Shown here: positions 38,593 through 52,975 of the stretch, piece by piece
How the letters are laid out: each line of letters begins with the position of its first letter
How positions within the stretch are numbered: the first letter of the stretch is position 1
Assembly (NCBI GenBank): GCA_017302295.1
Contig: JAFLDS010000005.1
Location: 105,666 to 169,665, forward strand
DNA length: 64,000 bases
Reading direction: 5' to 3'
DNA from: Thauera sp.
GTDB taxonomy: Bacteria > Pseudomonadota > Gammaproteobacteria > Burkholderiales > Rhodocyclaceae
Translations under genes and position numbers: made by a program
Notes under the pieces: model-generated
Told to the model about the DNA's origin: nothing
Database searches by the model: none
What the model saw: the letters and a program-made list of their open reading frames with translations, nothing else

Positions 38593-39443
38593 TTCTTGCC
38601 CTTGACTGAAGCACCCGCCGCCGGCATCGCTCCCGCGACCGGCGTCAAAGCAAACCCGCTCGGATAGCGGAGATCCGCCACCGCAACCTGTACTCCCACC
38701 TGCTCCTGAACCTTTGGCCACGCCGCGATGAAGCGCGCAAGCCTGTGCTTCAGCGGCGCGCGCTCCTGCTCGCGCCCGAGCAGGATGACCTGCCCATTGT
38801 CCAGCGTCAGGCGCCACGACTCGCGCGCCGAAAGCGCCAGGCCGACGAGTCTCACGCCCAGGGGCTGGAGCATTTCGGAGAACTCCTTGTGCCGTGCCAG
38901 CAACCAACCCGACGAGCCCTGCGGACCGTCGAACTGCGGCAACTCGGCATTGCTCGCGGCGGTGAAGACCTCTCCGAAGCGGTTCACCAGGCGAGCATCG
39001 CCGCTCTCCGACACCGTCCAGTAGGCCACCGCCTGATGCTCCTCGAGGCGCAGCTCGACCGCGTCCGGCCAGCGCCGCCGCACCTCGGCGCGCCGCACCC
39101 ACGGCAGCTTCTCGAAGGAACTGCGCACGCCGTCAAGATCCATCGTGAAGAAGTTGCCGCGGATCGCGGTACGCGCCACGTATTCGAGCTGCGCCTCGGT
39201 CACCTGAGCCGGCGGCGTCAACACGACCACTTCACGCACCGGAAACAGCGGGCGCGACACGAACCAGATCACCAGCGACCAGCCCAACCCGATGGCCGCG
39301 AAAAGCATCAGCAGATCGGAGATCAGATTGAGCAGCGCCGGGCGGTGCCACAGACCTTTCTCGGGCGCCTGCGCACGCGCATTGCCCCCTGCCCGGGTAC
39401 GAGCAACGGCAGGAGCTGCAGCGCGGGCACGGATCTCAGCCAA
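38589..39443 (-). CDS. ftsQ: Cell division protein FtsQ/DivIB
   Basis: TM segment, [29 protein letters not shown]; TTG at 39443 has a GGAG SD 6 nt upstream (alternative TTG 39458). Confidence 0.9.
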   Translation of the reverse strand: MAEIRARAAAPAVARTRAGGNARAQAPEKGLWHRPALLNLISDLLMLFAAIGLGWSLVIWFVSRPLFPVREVVVLTPPAQVTEAQLEYVARTAIRGNFFTMDLDGVRSSFEKLPWVRRAEVRRRWPDAVELRLEEHQAVAYWTVSESGDARLVNRFGEVFTAASNAELPQFDGPQGSSGWLLARHKEFSEMLQPLGVRLVGLALSARESWRLTLDNGQVILLGREQERAPLKHRLARFIAAWPKVQEQVGVQVAVADLRYPSGFALTPVAGAMPAAGASVKGKK

Positions 39444-40343
39444 GGCGGGCTCCGTCAAGAATCTCGATGCACAGGGCCTCGAAGCCGAGACCGGCCACCC
39501 GGGCGGACATCGGCACCAGCGAATGCCCGGTCATGCCCGGCGAGGTGTTCAATTCCAGCAAATACGGGCGGCCGTCCGCGGTGAGGATCAGGTCGGCCCG
39601 ACCCCAGCCGCGGCAGCCAAGCACGCGCGCACTCTTCATCACCAGGGCCTGCAGGGCCGCCTCTTCCGCCTCGGGCAGACCGCAGGGACAGTCATAGCGC
39701 GTGTCGTCGCTGAAATACTTGTTCTGGTAGTCGTAGTTGCCTTCCGGAGCGACGATGCGCACCAGCGGCAGGGCCCTGTCCTCGAGGAAGGGAGCGGTCA
39801 ACTCCGCCCCGGAGATGAACTCCTCGGCAATCACCAGGCTGTCGTAGCGCGCGGCCAGTTCCCAGGCGGCGCGCAACTGTCCCGCCTCGGTCACCTTGGT
39901 CGCACCCATGCTCGAGCCTTCGTGCACCGGCTTGACGAAGATCGGCAGGCCGAGATCGCGCACCACCGCGTCCCAGTCGGTTGCGGCGTCGAGGATGGCG
40001 TAGCGCGGTGTGGGCAGACCCGCGGCCAGCCACACCATCTTGGTGCGCCACTTGTCCATCGCCAGCGCAGAGGCCATCACCCCGCTGCCCGTGTAGGGGA
40101 TGCCCATCAGCTCGAGCGCACCCTGCACCGTGCCGTCCTCGCCGCCGCGCCCGTGCAGGGCGATGAAGACGCGGTCGAAGCCTTCGTCCTTCAGTGCGTG
40201 CAGGTCGCGCTCAGCCGGGTCGAAGGCGTACGCATCTACCCCGGCTTCCTGCAGCGCAGCCAGCACCGCACGCCCGGACATCAGCGAAATCTCGCGCTCG
40301 GCGGACGAGCCGCCAAAGAGGACTGCAACCTTGCCGAACCGCT

Positions 40344-40347
<4 letters not shown>
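39436..40347 (-). CDS. ddlB: D-alanine--D-alanine ligase
   Basis: [36 protein letters not shown]. Confidence 0.97.
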
Positions 40348-41755
<1,408 letters not shown>

Positions 41756-41759
<4 letters not shown>

Positions 41760-42826
41760 GCTTTGCCTCCGTCGGCAAGCTCCTCGCAGATGCGCGCGAC
41801 CGCCTCGGTCGCGCGCGGCCGAGCCTGCGCACGCGCGTTTTCGGCGACCTGCAGCAGACGCTGGCGATCCATGCTGGCGAGAATGCCGGCCAGTCGTTCG
41901 GCGTTGAGTTCGTCTTGCGGCAGCAGCCAGGCGGCATCGCGATCGGCAAGAAAGCGGGCGTTGCCGGTCTGGTGGTCATCCACCGCGTGAGGAAAGGGGA
42001 CCAGCACGCTGGCGGCCCCTACCACCGCGAGTTCGGCGACCGTCAGCGCGCCAGCGCGGCAGATGACGACATCGGCCTCGGCATAGGCGCGTGCCATGTC
42101 GTCGATGAAGGGACGCAGATCGCCTTCGACGCCGGCCGCAGCATAGGCGGCGCGCAAGGCCTCGAGCTGCTTCTCGCCGGCCTGGTGCACCACGCTCGGC
42201 CGTGACTCGACCGGGAGTCGCGCCAGCGCCTGCGGCACCGTCTCGTTGAGCACCGCCGCGCCCAGGCTGCCGCCGACCACCAGCAGTCGCAGCGGACCCG
42301 AGCGCGCGGAAAAACGCGCAGCCGGCGGCGCCACCGCGGCAATCTCGTCGCGCACCGGATTGCCCACCCAGTTTGCGTCCTTGAGCACCGCCGGAAACCC
42401 AGACAGGACGCGATCGGCGACGCCCGCCAGCACGCGGTTGGCCAGGCCGGCCACCGAATTCTGCTCGTGCAACACCAGCGGACGTCCGAGCAGCGCGGCC
42501 ATCATGCCGCCGGGAAAGGTGATGTAGCCGCCCATGCCAAGCACGACGTCCGGCTTCACCCGACGCAGTTCGCGCAGAGCCTGGGCGAAGCCCGAGAGCA
42601 GGTTGAGCGGCAGCATCAGCTTGCGCAGCAAGCCCTTGCCGCGCAGCGCGCCGAAGCGCACCCACGCCATGCCGTAACCACGCTGCGGCACGATGCGGGC
42701 TTCCATCCCGTCCGGATTTCCCATCCACACGATGTGCCAGCCTTTCGCACGCAGCATTTCCGCCACGGCGACGCCAGGGAAGATGTGGCCGCCGGTTCCA
42801 CCGGCCATGACCATCAGCGTCTTCAT
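41756..42826 (-). CDS. murG: Undecaprenyldiphospho-muramoylpentapeptide GlcNAc transferase
   Basis: [44 protein letters not shown]. Confidence 0.97.
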
Positions 42827-44076
42827 GGCGTCGCTCCGCGCTTCAGCTGGCGCACTTCCCAGTCCACCCTGAGCAGGATCGCGAGCGCGACGCAGTTGGC
42901 GACGATGCCCGAGCCGCCGAAGCTCATCAAAGGCAGCGTCAGCCCCTTCGTCGGCAGCAGGCCCATGTTCACGCCCATGTTGATGAAGGACTGGCCGCCG
43001 AACCAAAGCCCGATGCCCTGGGCGACGAGGCCGGGGAAATAGCGCTCGAGCTTGATCGCTTCGCGGCCGATGACGAAGGCACGCTGCACCAGCAGGGCGA
43101 ACAACGCCACGACGACGAGCACGCCGACGAGGCCGAGTTCCTCGGCGATCACCGCGAGCAGGAAGTCGGTATGGGCCTCGGGCAAGTAGAAGAGCTTCTC
43201 GACGCTGGCGCCCAGGCCGACGCCGAACCACTCGCCGCGGCCGAAGGCGATCAGCGCGTGCGACAGCTGGTAGCCCTTGCCGAAGGCGTCCTGCCAGGGG
43301 TCCATGAAGCCGAAAAGGCGGTCACGCCGGTAAGGCGAGGTCCAGATCAGGATGACGAAGCCGATCACCGCCACCACCGCCAACAGCGCGAACACCCGCA
43401 CGTTCACACCGCCGAGGAAGAGGACGCCGAAGGCGATCGTGGTGATGACGACGAAGGCGCCGAAGTCCGGCTCGCGCAGCAGCAGGAAGCCGACGAACAG
43501 GATCACCGCCATCATCGGCAGGAAGCCGTGGCGGAAGCTGCCCATCACGTCGAGCTTGCGTACGGTGTAATCGGCCGCGTAGAGCGCGGCGAAGATCTTC
43601 ATCAGCTCGGACGGCTGCAGGTTGATCGGCCCGAATCCCAGCCAGCGCTGGGCGCCGTTCACTTCGCGGCCCAGCCCGGGGATCAGCACCACCACCAGCA
43701 GCACGACACCAGCCACGAACAGCGCCGGTGCCAGCCGCTGCCACTGAACCATGCTCAACTGGAACGCCACCAAGCCTGCGCCGATACCGACGCTCAGAAA
43801 GATCGCGTGGCGGATCAGGAAGTAGTACTGCTGATAACCCGTGAAGCGGCTGCCCTCTGCGATCGCGATCGAGGCCGAATACACCATCACGAGCCCGAGC
43901 AGCAGCAGGCCGATCGATGACCAGATCAGCGCGAGGTCGAGTTCATGCGCCGGCCCGCTGGGGCGCGCAAGTCGTCCCGCAGCCCGCGCCGCATCTGCCG
44001 CGGAGGAGCGACGGAACGGAAACAGCCCCGAGAACGTAGCGGCCAGACGGTTGACGGATCGGGCGGGAGCGCTCAT
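42823..44076 (-). CDS. ftsW: SEDS peptidoglycan polymerase FtsW
   Basis: [45 protein letters not shown]. Confidence 0.96.
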   Translation of the reverse strand: MSAPARSVNRLAATFSGLFPFRRSSAADAARAAGRLARPSGPAHELDLALIWSSIGLLLLGLVMVYSASIAIAEGSRFTGYQQYYFLIRHAIFLSVGIGAGLVAFQLSMVQWQRLAPALFVAGVVLLVVVLIPGLGREVNGAQRWLGFGPINLQPSELMKIFAALYAADYTVRKLDVMGSFRHGFLPMMAVILFVGFLLLREPDFGAFVVITTIAFGVLFLGGVNVRVFALLAVVAVIGFVILIWTSPYRRDRLFGFMDPWQDAFGKGYQLSHALIAFGRGEWFGVGLGASVEKLFYLPEAHTDFLLAVIAEELGLVGVLVVVALFALLVQRAFVIGREAIKLERYFPGLVAQGIGLWFGGQSFINMGVNMGLLPTKGLTLPLMSFGGSGIVANCVALAILLRVDWEVRQLKRGATP

Positions 44077-45473
44077 CGCGGACTGACCTCCGGCAGGCGA
44101 CGCACCGCCGTCACGAAGACTTCGGCGCGATGCGCATAGTTGCGGAACATGTCGAGGCTGGCGCACGCCGGCGACAGCAGCACCACATCGCCCGCCTGCG
44201 CGAGCGCATTGGCGCGCGCTACGGCGGCGTCGAGATCCGCAGCATGCTCGAGGCGAACACCGCAGCCCGTCACGGCCGCCTCGATCAAGCGGGCGTCACG
44301 CCCGATGAGCACCACCGCACGCGCATGCCGCGCCAGCACGCCGGCAAGGGGCGAGAAATCCTGGCCCTTGCCATCGCCGCCGGCGATCAGCACGACCGGA
44401 TCCGACAAGCCGTCCAGCGCGGCGACCGTGGCGCCGACGTTGGTTCCTTTCGAATCGTCGTAGTAGCGCACGCCGTCGGCGCGCTCGGCGACGAGTTCGA
44501 CGCGATGCGGCAACCCGCGGAAGGCCTTCAGGCCGTCGATCAGCGCCTGCGGCTCGATGCCCAGCCCGCCTTCGCACAGCGCCAGCGCCGCGAGCGCATT
44601 GGCGGCATTGTGGCGTCCGGCGAGTGGCAGCTCATCCAGCGCCAGCAAGCGGGTGGAGCCGCGAACCAGCCAGGCCCGCCCCTCGGCGTCGGCAAGGCCA
44701 TAGTCCCCCTGGCCGGTTGGTGCGCCGGTGCCGAAGCGGATCGCATGCCGGCCGGGGCGCACCATCGCCTCGACGCGGGCGTCGTCGCGGTTCAGAACCT
44801 GGACACCTTCGCCCTGGAAGATTGCCGCCTTGGTCGCGGCGTAGTCCGCGAGATCGGCATAGCGGTCGAGATGATCGTCGGTGACGTTGAGCACCGTGGC
44901 GGCGTCGGGATCGAGCCCTGCCATGGTCTCGATCTGGAAGCTGGACAGTTCCAGCACCCAGCATTGTGGCAGTGCCAGCCCCAACTCGAGGCGCTCCATC
45001 AACACGTCTAGCGCAGCCGGGCTGATGTTGCCGGCGGCCACCGCGTCGAGCCCCGCCGCGCTGGCGAGCGCAGCGGTAAGCGCAGTCGTCGTCGTCTTGC
45101 CGTTGGTGCCGGTGATCGCAAGAATGCGGCTCTGCCCGCGCACGCCGAGCTCGTCGAGCGCCTGCGCCAGCAGGCTCATTTCCCCGGTGACCGGCAGGCC
45201 GCGACCACGCGCCGCCGCGGCCACGCCGACGCGCGGATCCAGGCCGGGGCTGAGGGCGACCAGGTCGACGCCATCGAGCACCTCGTCCGCAAAGGCGCCG
45301 GTGATGATCTCGGCCAGCGGCGCGTCCTCGCGCAACGCATCGACGCCCGGTGGCGTCACACGGCTGTCGGCGACGCGCACTCGCGCCCCGCGCAACGCGC
45401 ACCAGCGCGCCATCGCCAGGCCCGATTCACCGAGCCCGAGCACCAGGACGTGTTTTCCGGTCAGCGCGCTCAT
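44073..45473 (-). CDS. murD: UDP-MurNAc-L-Ala--D-Glu ligase
   Basis: [51 protein letters not shown]. Confidence 0.97.
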   Translation of the reverse strand: MSALTGKHVLVLGLGESGLAMARWCALRGARVRVADSRVTPPGVDALREDAPLAEIITGAFADEVLDGVDLVALSPGLDPRVGVAAAARGRGLPVTGEMSLLAQALDELGVRGQSRILAITGTNGKTTTTALTAALASAAGLDAVAAGNISPAALDVLMERLELGLALPQCWVLELSSFQIETMAGLDPDAATVLNVTDDHLDRYADLADYAATKAAIFQGEGVQVLNRDDARVEAMVRPGRHAIRFGTGAPTGQGDYGLADAEGRAWLVRGSTRLLALDELPLAGRHNAANALAALALCEGGLGIEPQALIDGLKAFRGLPHRVELVAERADGVRYYDDSKGTNVGATVAALDGLSDPVVLIAGGDGKGQDFSPLAGVLARHARAVVLIGRDARLIEAAVTGCGVRLEHAADLDAAVARANALAQAGDVVLLSPACASLDMFRNYAHRAEVFVTAVRRLPEVSPR

Positions 45474-46558
45474 CTCAGTTTCAGCGTGGACAATCCGAAC
45501 AGCACCAGCATGATGGTGATGATCCAGAAGCGGACCACGACCTGCGTCTCCTTCCAGCCACCCAGTTCGTAATGGTGGTGCAGCGGCGCCATGCGGAAGA
45601 TGCGCTTGCCGCCGGTGGCCTTGAAGTACAGCACCTGCACCATCACCGACAGGGTCTCGGCGACGAACAAGCCACCCATGATGAAGAGGACGATTTCCTG
45701 ACGCACGATGACCGCGACGGTACCGAGCGCAGCGCCCAGCGCCAGCGCGCCGACATCACCCATGAAGACTTCGGCCGGATAGGCGTTGAACCACAGGAAG
45801 CCGAGGCCGGCGCCGCAGATCGCACCGCAGAACACCGCGAGTTCGCCGGCCCCGGCGACGTAGGGCACGCCGAGGTACTTGGAGAAGCCGACGTGGCCGG
45901 CGACATAGGCGAAGATCGCCAGTGCGGCCGCCACCATCACCGTGGGCATGATGGCGAGGCCGTCAAGGCCGTCGGTGAGGTTCACCGCGTGGCTGGTACC
46001 GTTGATGACGAAATAGGTCAGGGCGATGAAGCCGAAGATCCCCAGCGGATAGGCCACCGCCTTGAAGAAGGGCACGATGAGCTGCGTCTGCGCCGGAGTA
46101 TCGGCTGACAGGCCGAGGAAGATCGCCGCGGCGAGCGCAATTGCCGAGGTCCACAGGTATTTCCAGCGGCTGGCGAGGCCTTTGGGGTCGCGATTGACGA
46201 CCTTGCGCCAGTCATCGACCCAGCCCACCGCGCCGAAACCCAGCGTGACCAGCAGCGTGACCCAGACGTAGGCGTTCTTCAGGTCGCCCCACAACAAGAT
46301 GGTGATACCGATCGCGATCAGGATCAGCGCCCCACCCATCGTCGGCGTGCCCGCCTTGGTGAGGTGCGACTTGGGGCCGTCGTCGCGCACCGCCTGGCCG
46401 ATCTTCTTCGCCGCCAGCCAGCGGATCACGCCAGGTCCGGCGACGAGCGAGATGAGCAGCGCGGTAAGGGCGGCCAGCACCGTTCTCAGCGTGATGTAGC
46501 CGATAACGTTGAAACCACGGATGTCCTGGCCGAGCCAGAGAGCAAGTTCAAGCAGCAT
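45470..46558 (-). CDS. mraY: Phospho-N-acetylmuramoyl-pentapeptide transferase
   Basis: [36 protein letters not shown]. Confidence 0.98.
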   Translation of the reverse strand: MLLELALWLGQDIRGFNVIGYITLRTVLAALTALLISLVAGPGVIRWLAAKKIGQAVRDDGPKSHLTKAGTPTMGGALILIAIGITILLWGDLKNAYVWVTLLVTLGFGAVGWVDDWRKVVNRDPKGLASRWKYLWTSAIALAAAIFLGLSADTPAQTQLIVPFFKAVAYPLGIFGFIALTYFVINGTSHAVNLTDGLDGLAIMPTVMVAAALAIFAYVAGHVGFSKYLGVPYVAGAGELAVFCGAICGAGLGFLWFNAYPAEVFMGDVGALALGAALGTVAVIVRQEIVLFIMGGLFVAETLSVMVQVLYFKATGGKRIFRMAPLHHHYELGGWKETQVVVRFWIITIMLVLFGLSTLKLR

Positions 46559-46559
46559 G

Positions 46560-47984
46560 TTACGAGCCGGTAGTCTTCTCGGGGGCCGAATTGTGCACTG
46601 CCGCAAGCGCATCCGCCACCCTTTCCATCCGCATGAAGCGGGACCCTTTCACCAGCACCACGCTATCCGCACCCAGTCGGCCGACGAGCGCTGCGACGAG
46701 CGCCTCGACCGACGAAAAATGATGGCCACCCTCGCCGAAATTGTGCACTGCAACTGTGCTCATCTCGCCCAAGGCGAAGAGTCCGTCGATGCCCTTGCTC
46801 TTGGCGTAACCGCCGATCTCGTCGTGCAGTTGCGCGCTCGCCTCGCCGATCTCGCCCATATCGCCCAGCACCAGCCAGGTATGACCGGGCGTCGAGGCGA
46901 GAACGTCGATGCCTGCGCGCACCGAATCCGGATTGGCGTTATAGGTGTCGTCGAGGATCACCGCGCCCTTTGGCCCCTGGCGCCGCTGCAGCCGTCCGCG
47001 CGCACCGGTGAAACCCGACAGCCCTGCGGCCACCGCGTCGATCGAGACACCCGCCGCCAGGCAGGCCGCCGCGGCACCGACCGCGTTGCGTGCGTTGTGC
47101 ATGCCCGCCACCTGCAGGTCGAATCCGATCGCGCCCTGGGGCGCATCGACTTCCAGACGGGCACCGAAGCCGCGCAGCGTACACGCCGCATGCACGTCGG
47201 CGCGCGCGTCGATACCGAATGTCACAATCGGGCGCCCGGCATTCAGCGCACGCCAGAAATCCGCGTAAGTCTCGTCGGCGTTGACGATCGCGATGCCCTC
47301 CGCGCCCAGGCCTTCGTAGATCGCCCCCTTTTCGCGCGCAACCTCGTCGACCGTGCCCATGCCCTGCAGATGCGCGCGCTGGGCGTTGGTCACGATCGCG
47401 ACGGTGGGCCGGGCGAGCGCGGTCAGATAGGCGATCTCGCCCGGATGGTTCATGCCCATCTCGATCACCGCCGCGCGATGGAAGTCGCGCAGTTTCAGCA
47501 GCGTCAGCGGCAGGCCGATGTCGTTGTTGAGGTTGCCCTGCGTCGCCAGCACCGTCTCTTCGCCAAAGCCGTCGCGATGCGCCTGCGCACGCAGGATGGC
47601 GGCGCACATTTCCTTCACCGTCGTCTTGCCGTTGCTGCCGGTGATGCCGATCAGCGGGATGGCGAAGCGCGCGCGCCACGCCGCCGCCAGGTTGCCGAGC
47701 GCCAGGCGGGTGTCGTCCACGACGAGCAGCGGCAACGGAGGATGGTCCAGCGCGTCGCCTTGCGCCTCGGCCCAGCGCACATCCACCATCGCCGCGGCGG
47801 CCCCCGCTTCGGCCGCTGCAGCGACGAAGTCATGACCATCGAAGCGCTCGCCGCGCAGGGCGACGAAGAGCTGGCCCGGCGTCAGCGCGCGGCTGTCCGT
47901 TCCCACCGCGTCGAATCGCGCGGCGCCGAGCGCACGCGCCGCATGGGCACCGAGCGCACGCACGGCATCGTTGAGCATCATCAT
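46560..47984 (-). CDS. murF: UDP-MurNAc-tripeptide--D-Ala-D-Ala ligase
   Basis: [49 protein letters not shown]. Confidence 0.97.
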   Translation of the reverse strand: MMMLNDAVRALGAHAARALGAARFDAVGTDSRALTPGQLFVALRGERFDGHDFVAAAAEAGAAAAMVDVRWAEAQGDALDHPPLPLLVVDDTRLALGNLAAAWRARFAIPLIGITGSNGKTTVKEMCAAILRAQAHRDGFGEETVLATQGNLNNDIGLPLTLLKLRDFHRAAVIEMGMNHPGEIAYLTALARPTVAIVTNAQRAHLQGMGTVDEVAREKGAIYEGLGAEGIAIVNADETYADFWRALNAGRPIVTFGIDARADVHAACTLRGFGARLEVDAPQGAIGFDLQVAGMHNARNAVGAAAACLAAGVSIDAVAAGLSGFTGARGRLQRRQGPKGAVILDDTYNANPDSVRAGIDVLASTPGHTWLVLGDMGEIGEASAQLHDEIGGYAKSKGIDGLFALGEMSTVAVHNFGEGGHHFSSVEALVAALVGRLGADSVVLVKGSRFMRMERVADALAAVHNSAPEKTTGS

Positions 47985-49483
47985 GCGCGCGCCCTCCCCT
48001 GGTTCCAGCGCTTCAGCGCCTCGCGCGCCTGTTCGAAATCGGAAAAGGGGTGGCGCACCCCGTGGACCTCCTGATACGGCTCATGCCCCTTGCCGGCGAT
48101 CACCACCACGTCGTCGGCGGCGGCCTCGCCCACCGCGCGCTCGATGGCCTCGGCACGATCGACGATGCACTCGGCCCCGGCCCCTGCGCCGGCGGCGACC
48201 GCCTCGATGATCTTCAGCGGATCCTCGGTGCGCGGATTGTCGCTGGTGACGACAACGCGATCGGCGAGCTGGCGCGCCACCTCGCCCATCATCGGACGCT
48301 TGCCAGGGTCGCGATCTCCGCCGCAGCCGAACACGCAGATCATCCGTCCGCGCCGGCTGTGGACGGTGGCGCGCACCGACTCGAGCACCTTCGCCAGCGC
48401 ATCGGGGGAATGCGCGTAATCGACGACCACCAGCGGCTCGCCAACGCCACCAACCAGTTGCATGCGGCCCTCGGGCGGCGCGAGTCGCGGCACCAGCGGC
48501 AGCAATTCATCGAGCGGCACGCCGCGCGCGAGCAATGCGCCAAGCGCAGCCAGCAGGTTGGAAACGTTGAACGGTGCCACCATGCGCAGCGCCACCTCGC
48601 TGCGGCGGCCTTCCCACTGCAGGGTGAACTGGAGACCCGATGTCGTGGCACGCAGATGCTCGGCCAGCAACACGCGGATGCCGGGCACTACCGGCGCGCT
48701 GGCGGGCACCAGGGTATAGCCGATGACCTCGCGGCCAGCCGCGGCGAGCAGCCGCGCCTGGATCAGGCCGAAGCCGTCGTCGAGGTTGATGACGCAACAG
48801 CGCAGACCCGGCAGCGCGAACAGCTTTTCCTTGGCCGCCGCATAGGCCTCCATCGTGCCGTGATAGTCGAGATGGTCGCGGCTCAGGTTGGTGAAGATCG
48901 CCACGTCGAACTGCGCGCCGTTGACCCGCCCCTGGTCGAGACCGATCGACGACACTTCCATCGCCGCCGCCCCCGCGCCCGCGGCGACGAAGGAGGCCAG
49001 CACACCGTGCAGTTCGAGCGCGTCGGGCGTGGTGTTCAGACTGGCCGCAAGTTCGCCGGGAAAGCCGCAGCCCAGCGTGCCGATCACGCCGCAGCGCGTT
49101 CCGAGCCGTTCGAGCAGCACCGCGAGCCACTGGCTGACGGTGGTCTTGCCGTTGGTACCGGTGACACCCGCGAGCCACAGGTTTTCGGAGGGACGGCCGT
49201 AGATCTGGTGGGCAACGTGGCCAGCGGCATCGCGCAGCCCCTGCACCGGGAAGGAGGGCAGCGGCAGCGGATCGGCGCGGAAGCCGTCGCAGCTTTCCCA
49301 AAGCACCGCCGCTGCGCCGCGCTCGACCGCCGCACCGAGAAAGCGGCGCCCGTCTGTCTTGTAGCCCGGCCAGGCGGCGAAGACGTGCCCCGCGACAATC
49401 TTGCGCGAATCCGCGGTGATGCCGCGCGCGCTCACGCCGGCGGCACGGAGCTGTTCGAGCAGGGCGGCGGCGTGAGCGTTCAC
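47981..49483 (-). CDS. murE: UDP-MurNAc-dipeptide--diaminopimelate ligase
   Basis: GTNGKTT, MEVSS, NLSRDHLDYH, VDYAHSPD, TSDNPR (DAP-type), GKGHE. Confidence 0.97.
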   Translation of the reverse strand: MNAHAAALLEQLRAAGVSARGITADSRKIVAGHVFAAWPGYKTDGRRFLGAAVERGAAAVLWESCDGFRADPLPLPSFPVQGLRDAAGHVAHQIYGRPSENLWLAGVTGTNGKTTVSQWLAVLLERLGTRCGVIGTLGCGFPGELAASLNTTPDALELHGVLASFVAAGAGAAAMEVSSIGLDQGRVNGAQFDVAIFTNLSRDHLDYHGTMEAYAAAKEKLFALPGLRCCVINLDDGFGLIQARLLAAAGREVIGYTLVPASAPVVPGIRVLLAEHLRATTSGLQFTLQWEGRRSEVALRMVAPFNVSNLLAALGALLARGVPLDELLPLVPRLAPPEGRMQLVGGVGEPLVVVDYAHSPDALAKVLESVRATVHSRRGRMICVFGCGGDRDPGKRPMMGEVARQLADRVVVTSDNPRTEDPLKIIEAVAAGAGAGAECIVDRAEAIERAVGEAAADDVVVIAGKGHEPYQEVHGVRHPFSDFEQAREALKRWNQGRARA

Positions 49484-51240
49484 ATGCTCTCCCGCACCGG
49501 CGGCGCCACCGGATCGCCCGGCTTGCGCGCCAGCTGCAACGGCGTCAGCGGCGCATCGGGCGCCACGCCCAGGGCGCGCAGCGATCCTTCGACGATGCGC
49601 GAGAACACCGGCGCGGCGACCAGGCCGCCGTAATACTGGCCGGCAGAAGGCTCATCGATCATCACCGCGACCACCAGTCGCGGATTCGACGCCGGGGCGA
49701 AGCCGACATAGGAGGACACGTAGCGGTTCGCGTACCGACCGCCGTCCAGCTTGTGGGCGGTACCCGTCTTGCCCGCCACGCGGTAGCCCGCCACTTGCGC
49801 TCGGGTAGCGGTGCCGCCGGGCGACGAGGCCATTTCGAGCATCATGCGCATGTCGCGCGCCGTCTGCGGCGAGAAGATGCGGCGCCCCACCGTGGGCGGC
49901 GCATCCAGCTTGGTGAGCGAGAGCGGCACCAGTTCGCCATCGCGCGCGAAGGCGAGGTAGCCGCGCGCCATCTGTATCAGGCTGACCGAAATGCCGTGGC
50001 CGTAGGACATCGTGGCCTGCTCGATCGGCTTCCAGGTCTTGGCCGGGCGCAGACGCCCGCTCGCTTCGCCCGGGAAGCCCATGTTCAGCGGCGTGCCGAA
50101 ACCAACTTGATCGAACAGATGCCACATCTCGTCGGGGGTGAATTGCTGCGCCATTTTCACCGTACCGATGTTCGACGACTTCTGGATCACCTCGGCAACG
50201 GTGAGTACCCCATTGCGATGCGAATCGGAGATCGTGGCCGAACCGATGGTCATGCGCCCCGCACTGGTGTCGATCGGCGTGTTCGGCTTTACCTTGCCGC
50301 GCTCGAGAGCCAGCGCCACGACGAAGGGCTTCATGACCGAACCCGGCTCGTAAGTGTCGGTGAACACGCGATTGCGCAACTGCGCACCGGTCAGGTTTGC
50401 GCGGTTGTTCGGGTTGTAGGTGGGCGCATTGGCCAGCGCGAGCACCTCGCCGGTGCGCACGTCGAGCACCACGGCCGCACCGGCCTTCGCCTTGTGCGTC
50501 GTCATCGCATCGCGCAGCGCACTCCAGGCGATGTACTGGATCTTGCCGTCCATCGCCAGCGTGACATCTTCGCCGTCACGCGGCGGACGGATGGACTCGA
50601 CGTCCTCCACCACCTGGCCGCGCCGATCGCGGATGACGCGGCGCGACCCCGGGCGGCCGGCGAGCACCTTCTCGAAGGTCAGCTCGATGCCCTCCTGGCC
50701 CTTGTCTTCGACGTTGGTGAAGCCAAGCATGTGCGCCATGACTTCACCGGCCGGGTAGTAGCGCCGGTACTCCTGCTGCTGGTGGATGCCGGGCAACTTC
50801 AGGTCGGCCACGCGCTGGGCCGCTTCGGGCGCGAGCTGACGCTTCAGGTAGACGAAATCGCGAGCACCGGCCAGCTTGTCGTTGAGCTCGCGCACGTCCA
50901 TCTCGAGCAAGGCCGCGAGCTTGCGCGCGTCGGCCGGCGCCAGCTTGGCGTCGCCGGGGATCGCCCAGATCGAGCGCACCGGCGTACTGACTGCGAGGAT
51001 GTCGCCGTTGCGGTCGGTGATGCGGCCCCGCGTCGCCGGCACTTCCAGGATGCGCGCGTAGCGGGATTCGCCCTTGGCCTGGAGAAACTCGTCATTCACC
51101 CCCTGCAGGTAGAACGCACGGCCGGCCAGCGTGACCGAGCCGGCCAGCAGGGCGAGCAGCACGAAGCGCGGGCGCCAGACCGGCAGGTCGCGCTTGAGCA
51201 AGGGATTGTGGTTGAAAGTGACGGTACGCTGATTCTTCAT
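49480..51240 (-). CDS. ftsI: Peptidoglycan D,D-transpeptidase FtsI (PBP3)
   Basis: RGRITDRNG, SVMK (SxxK), SSN (SxN), KTG. Confidence 0.97.
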   Translation of the reverse strand: MKNQRTVTFNHNPLLKRDLPVWRPRFVLLALLAGSVTLAGRAFYLQGVNDEFLQAKGESRYARILEVPATRGRITDRNGDILAVSTPVRSIWAIPGDAKLAPADARKLAALLEMDVRELNDKLAGARDFVYLKRQLAPEAAQRVADLKLPGIHQQQEYRRYYPAGEVMAHMLGFTNVEDKGQEGIELTFEKVLAGRPGSRRVIRDRRGQVVEDVESIRPPRDGEDVTLAMDGKIQYIAWSALRDAMTTHKAKAGAAVVLDVRTGEVLALANAPTYNPNNRANLTGAQLRNRVFTDTYEPGSVMKPFVVALALERGKVKPNTPIDTSAGRMTIGSATISDSHRNGVLTVAEVIQKSSNIGTVKMAQQFTPDEMWHLFDQVGFGTPLNMGFPGEASGRLRPAKTWKPIEQATMSYGHGISVSLIQMARGYLAFARDGELVPLSLTKLDAPPTVGRRIFSPQTARDMRMMLEMASSPGGTATRAQVAGYRVAGKTGTAHKLDGGRYANRYVSSYVGFAPASNPRLVVAVMIDEPSAGQYYGGLVAAPVFSRIVEGSLRALGVAPDAPLTPLQLARKPGDPVAPPVRESM

Positions 51241-51499
51241 GATTGCGGCTCCACCACGACCACCTGCGCGGGGACCGGAGGCCGCATGCCGAGCTTGTCG
51301 TGCGCCAGTTTCTCGACGCGCGCATGCGACGCCCAGGTGCTTTGCTCGAGCAGCAGCTGCCCCCACTCGACTTCCAGTCCATGCGCGCGGTTCTGCTCCC
51401 GCTCGAGTTGGGAGAAAAGCTTGCGCGCCTGATGTTGGGAGGCCACCACGCCCAGCGCACTGGAGACGACCAGGGCGACGAGGATCGCGTCGATGCGGA

Positions 51500-51503
<4 letters not shown>
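51237..51503 (-). CDS. ftsL: Cell division protein FtsL
   Basis: TM segment, coiled coil, [20 protein letters not shown]. Confidence 0.93.
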
Positions 51504-52434
<931 letters not shown>

Positions 52435-52438
<4 letters not shown>

Positions 52439-52878
52439 AGGACCAAGCTCTCGAAACCGGCCGGCAGGCCTCCGGTCGCCAGGGCAAGCATCTGCTCCTG
52501 CTGCTCCTGCCAGCGGGCATCGGACCACAGCTCGAAATGGCTGCCCTGCCCCACCAGCCAGACCTGCTTCTCGAGCTGGGCGAACTGGCGCAGCGACGGC
52601 GCGATCAGCACGCGACCGGACGCGTCCAGCGCCTCGTCCTGCGCATAGCCGACGAGCAGCCGCTTCAGCATCGCCGCGCGCGCATCGAGGCTGGGCAAAG
52701 CAAGCACTTGATCGCGAATCGGAATCCAGGCGGGGACGGGATATACGAGGAGGCAGCGATGGGGGTGGGCGGTGATCAACACCTGCCCGTCCTGAACCGC
52801 AAGCGCATCACGATGCCGCGCAGGGATCGCGAGGCGACCCTTGGCATCGAGACTGAGCGCGACGGCTCCCTGGAACAT
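52435..52878 (-). CDS. mraZ: Division/cell wall cluster transcriptional repressor MraZ
   Basis: [10 protein letters not shown] and LDASGRVLI twin DxxxR motifs. Confidence 0.97.
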
Positions 52879-52910
52879 TCAACCCCCCGGCGGCACTGGC
52901 GAAGCATCGA

Positions 52911-52950
52911 AATGACACTTCAACCCACTTTTTTCCACTTATTTCCACTT
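52911..52950 (-). promoter_or_regulatory. MraZ operator: four 10-bp-phased AAGTG(G) boxes
   Basis: CACTT at 52916, 52926, 52936 and 52946 (minus strand AAGTGGAAAT AAGTGGAAAA AAGTGGGTTG AAGTGTCATT), overlapping the -10 and start site. Confidence 0.85.
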
Positions 52951-52975
52951 TAGTGCATAGGCTATTGCCGGTCAA
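52947..52975 (-). promoter_or_regulatory. Sigma70 promoter of the dcw cluster
   Basis: TTGACC-N17-TAAAGT on the minus strand. Confidence 0.8.
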
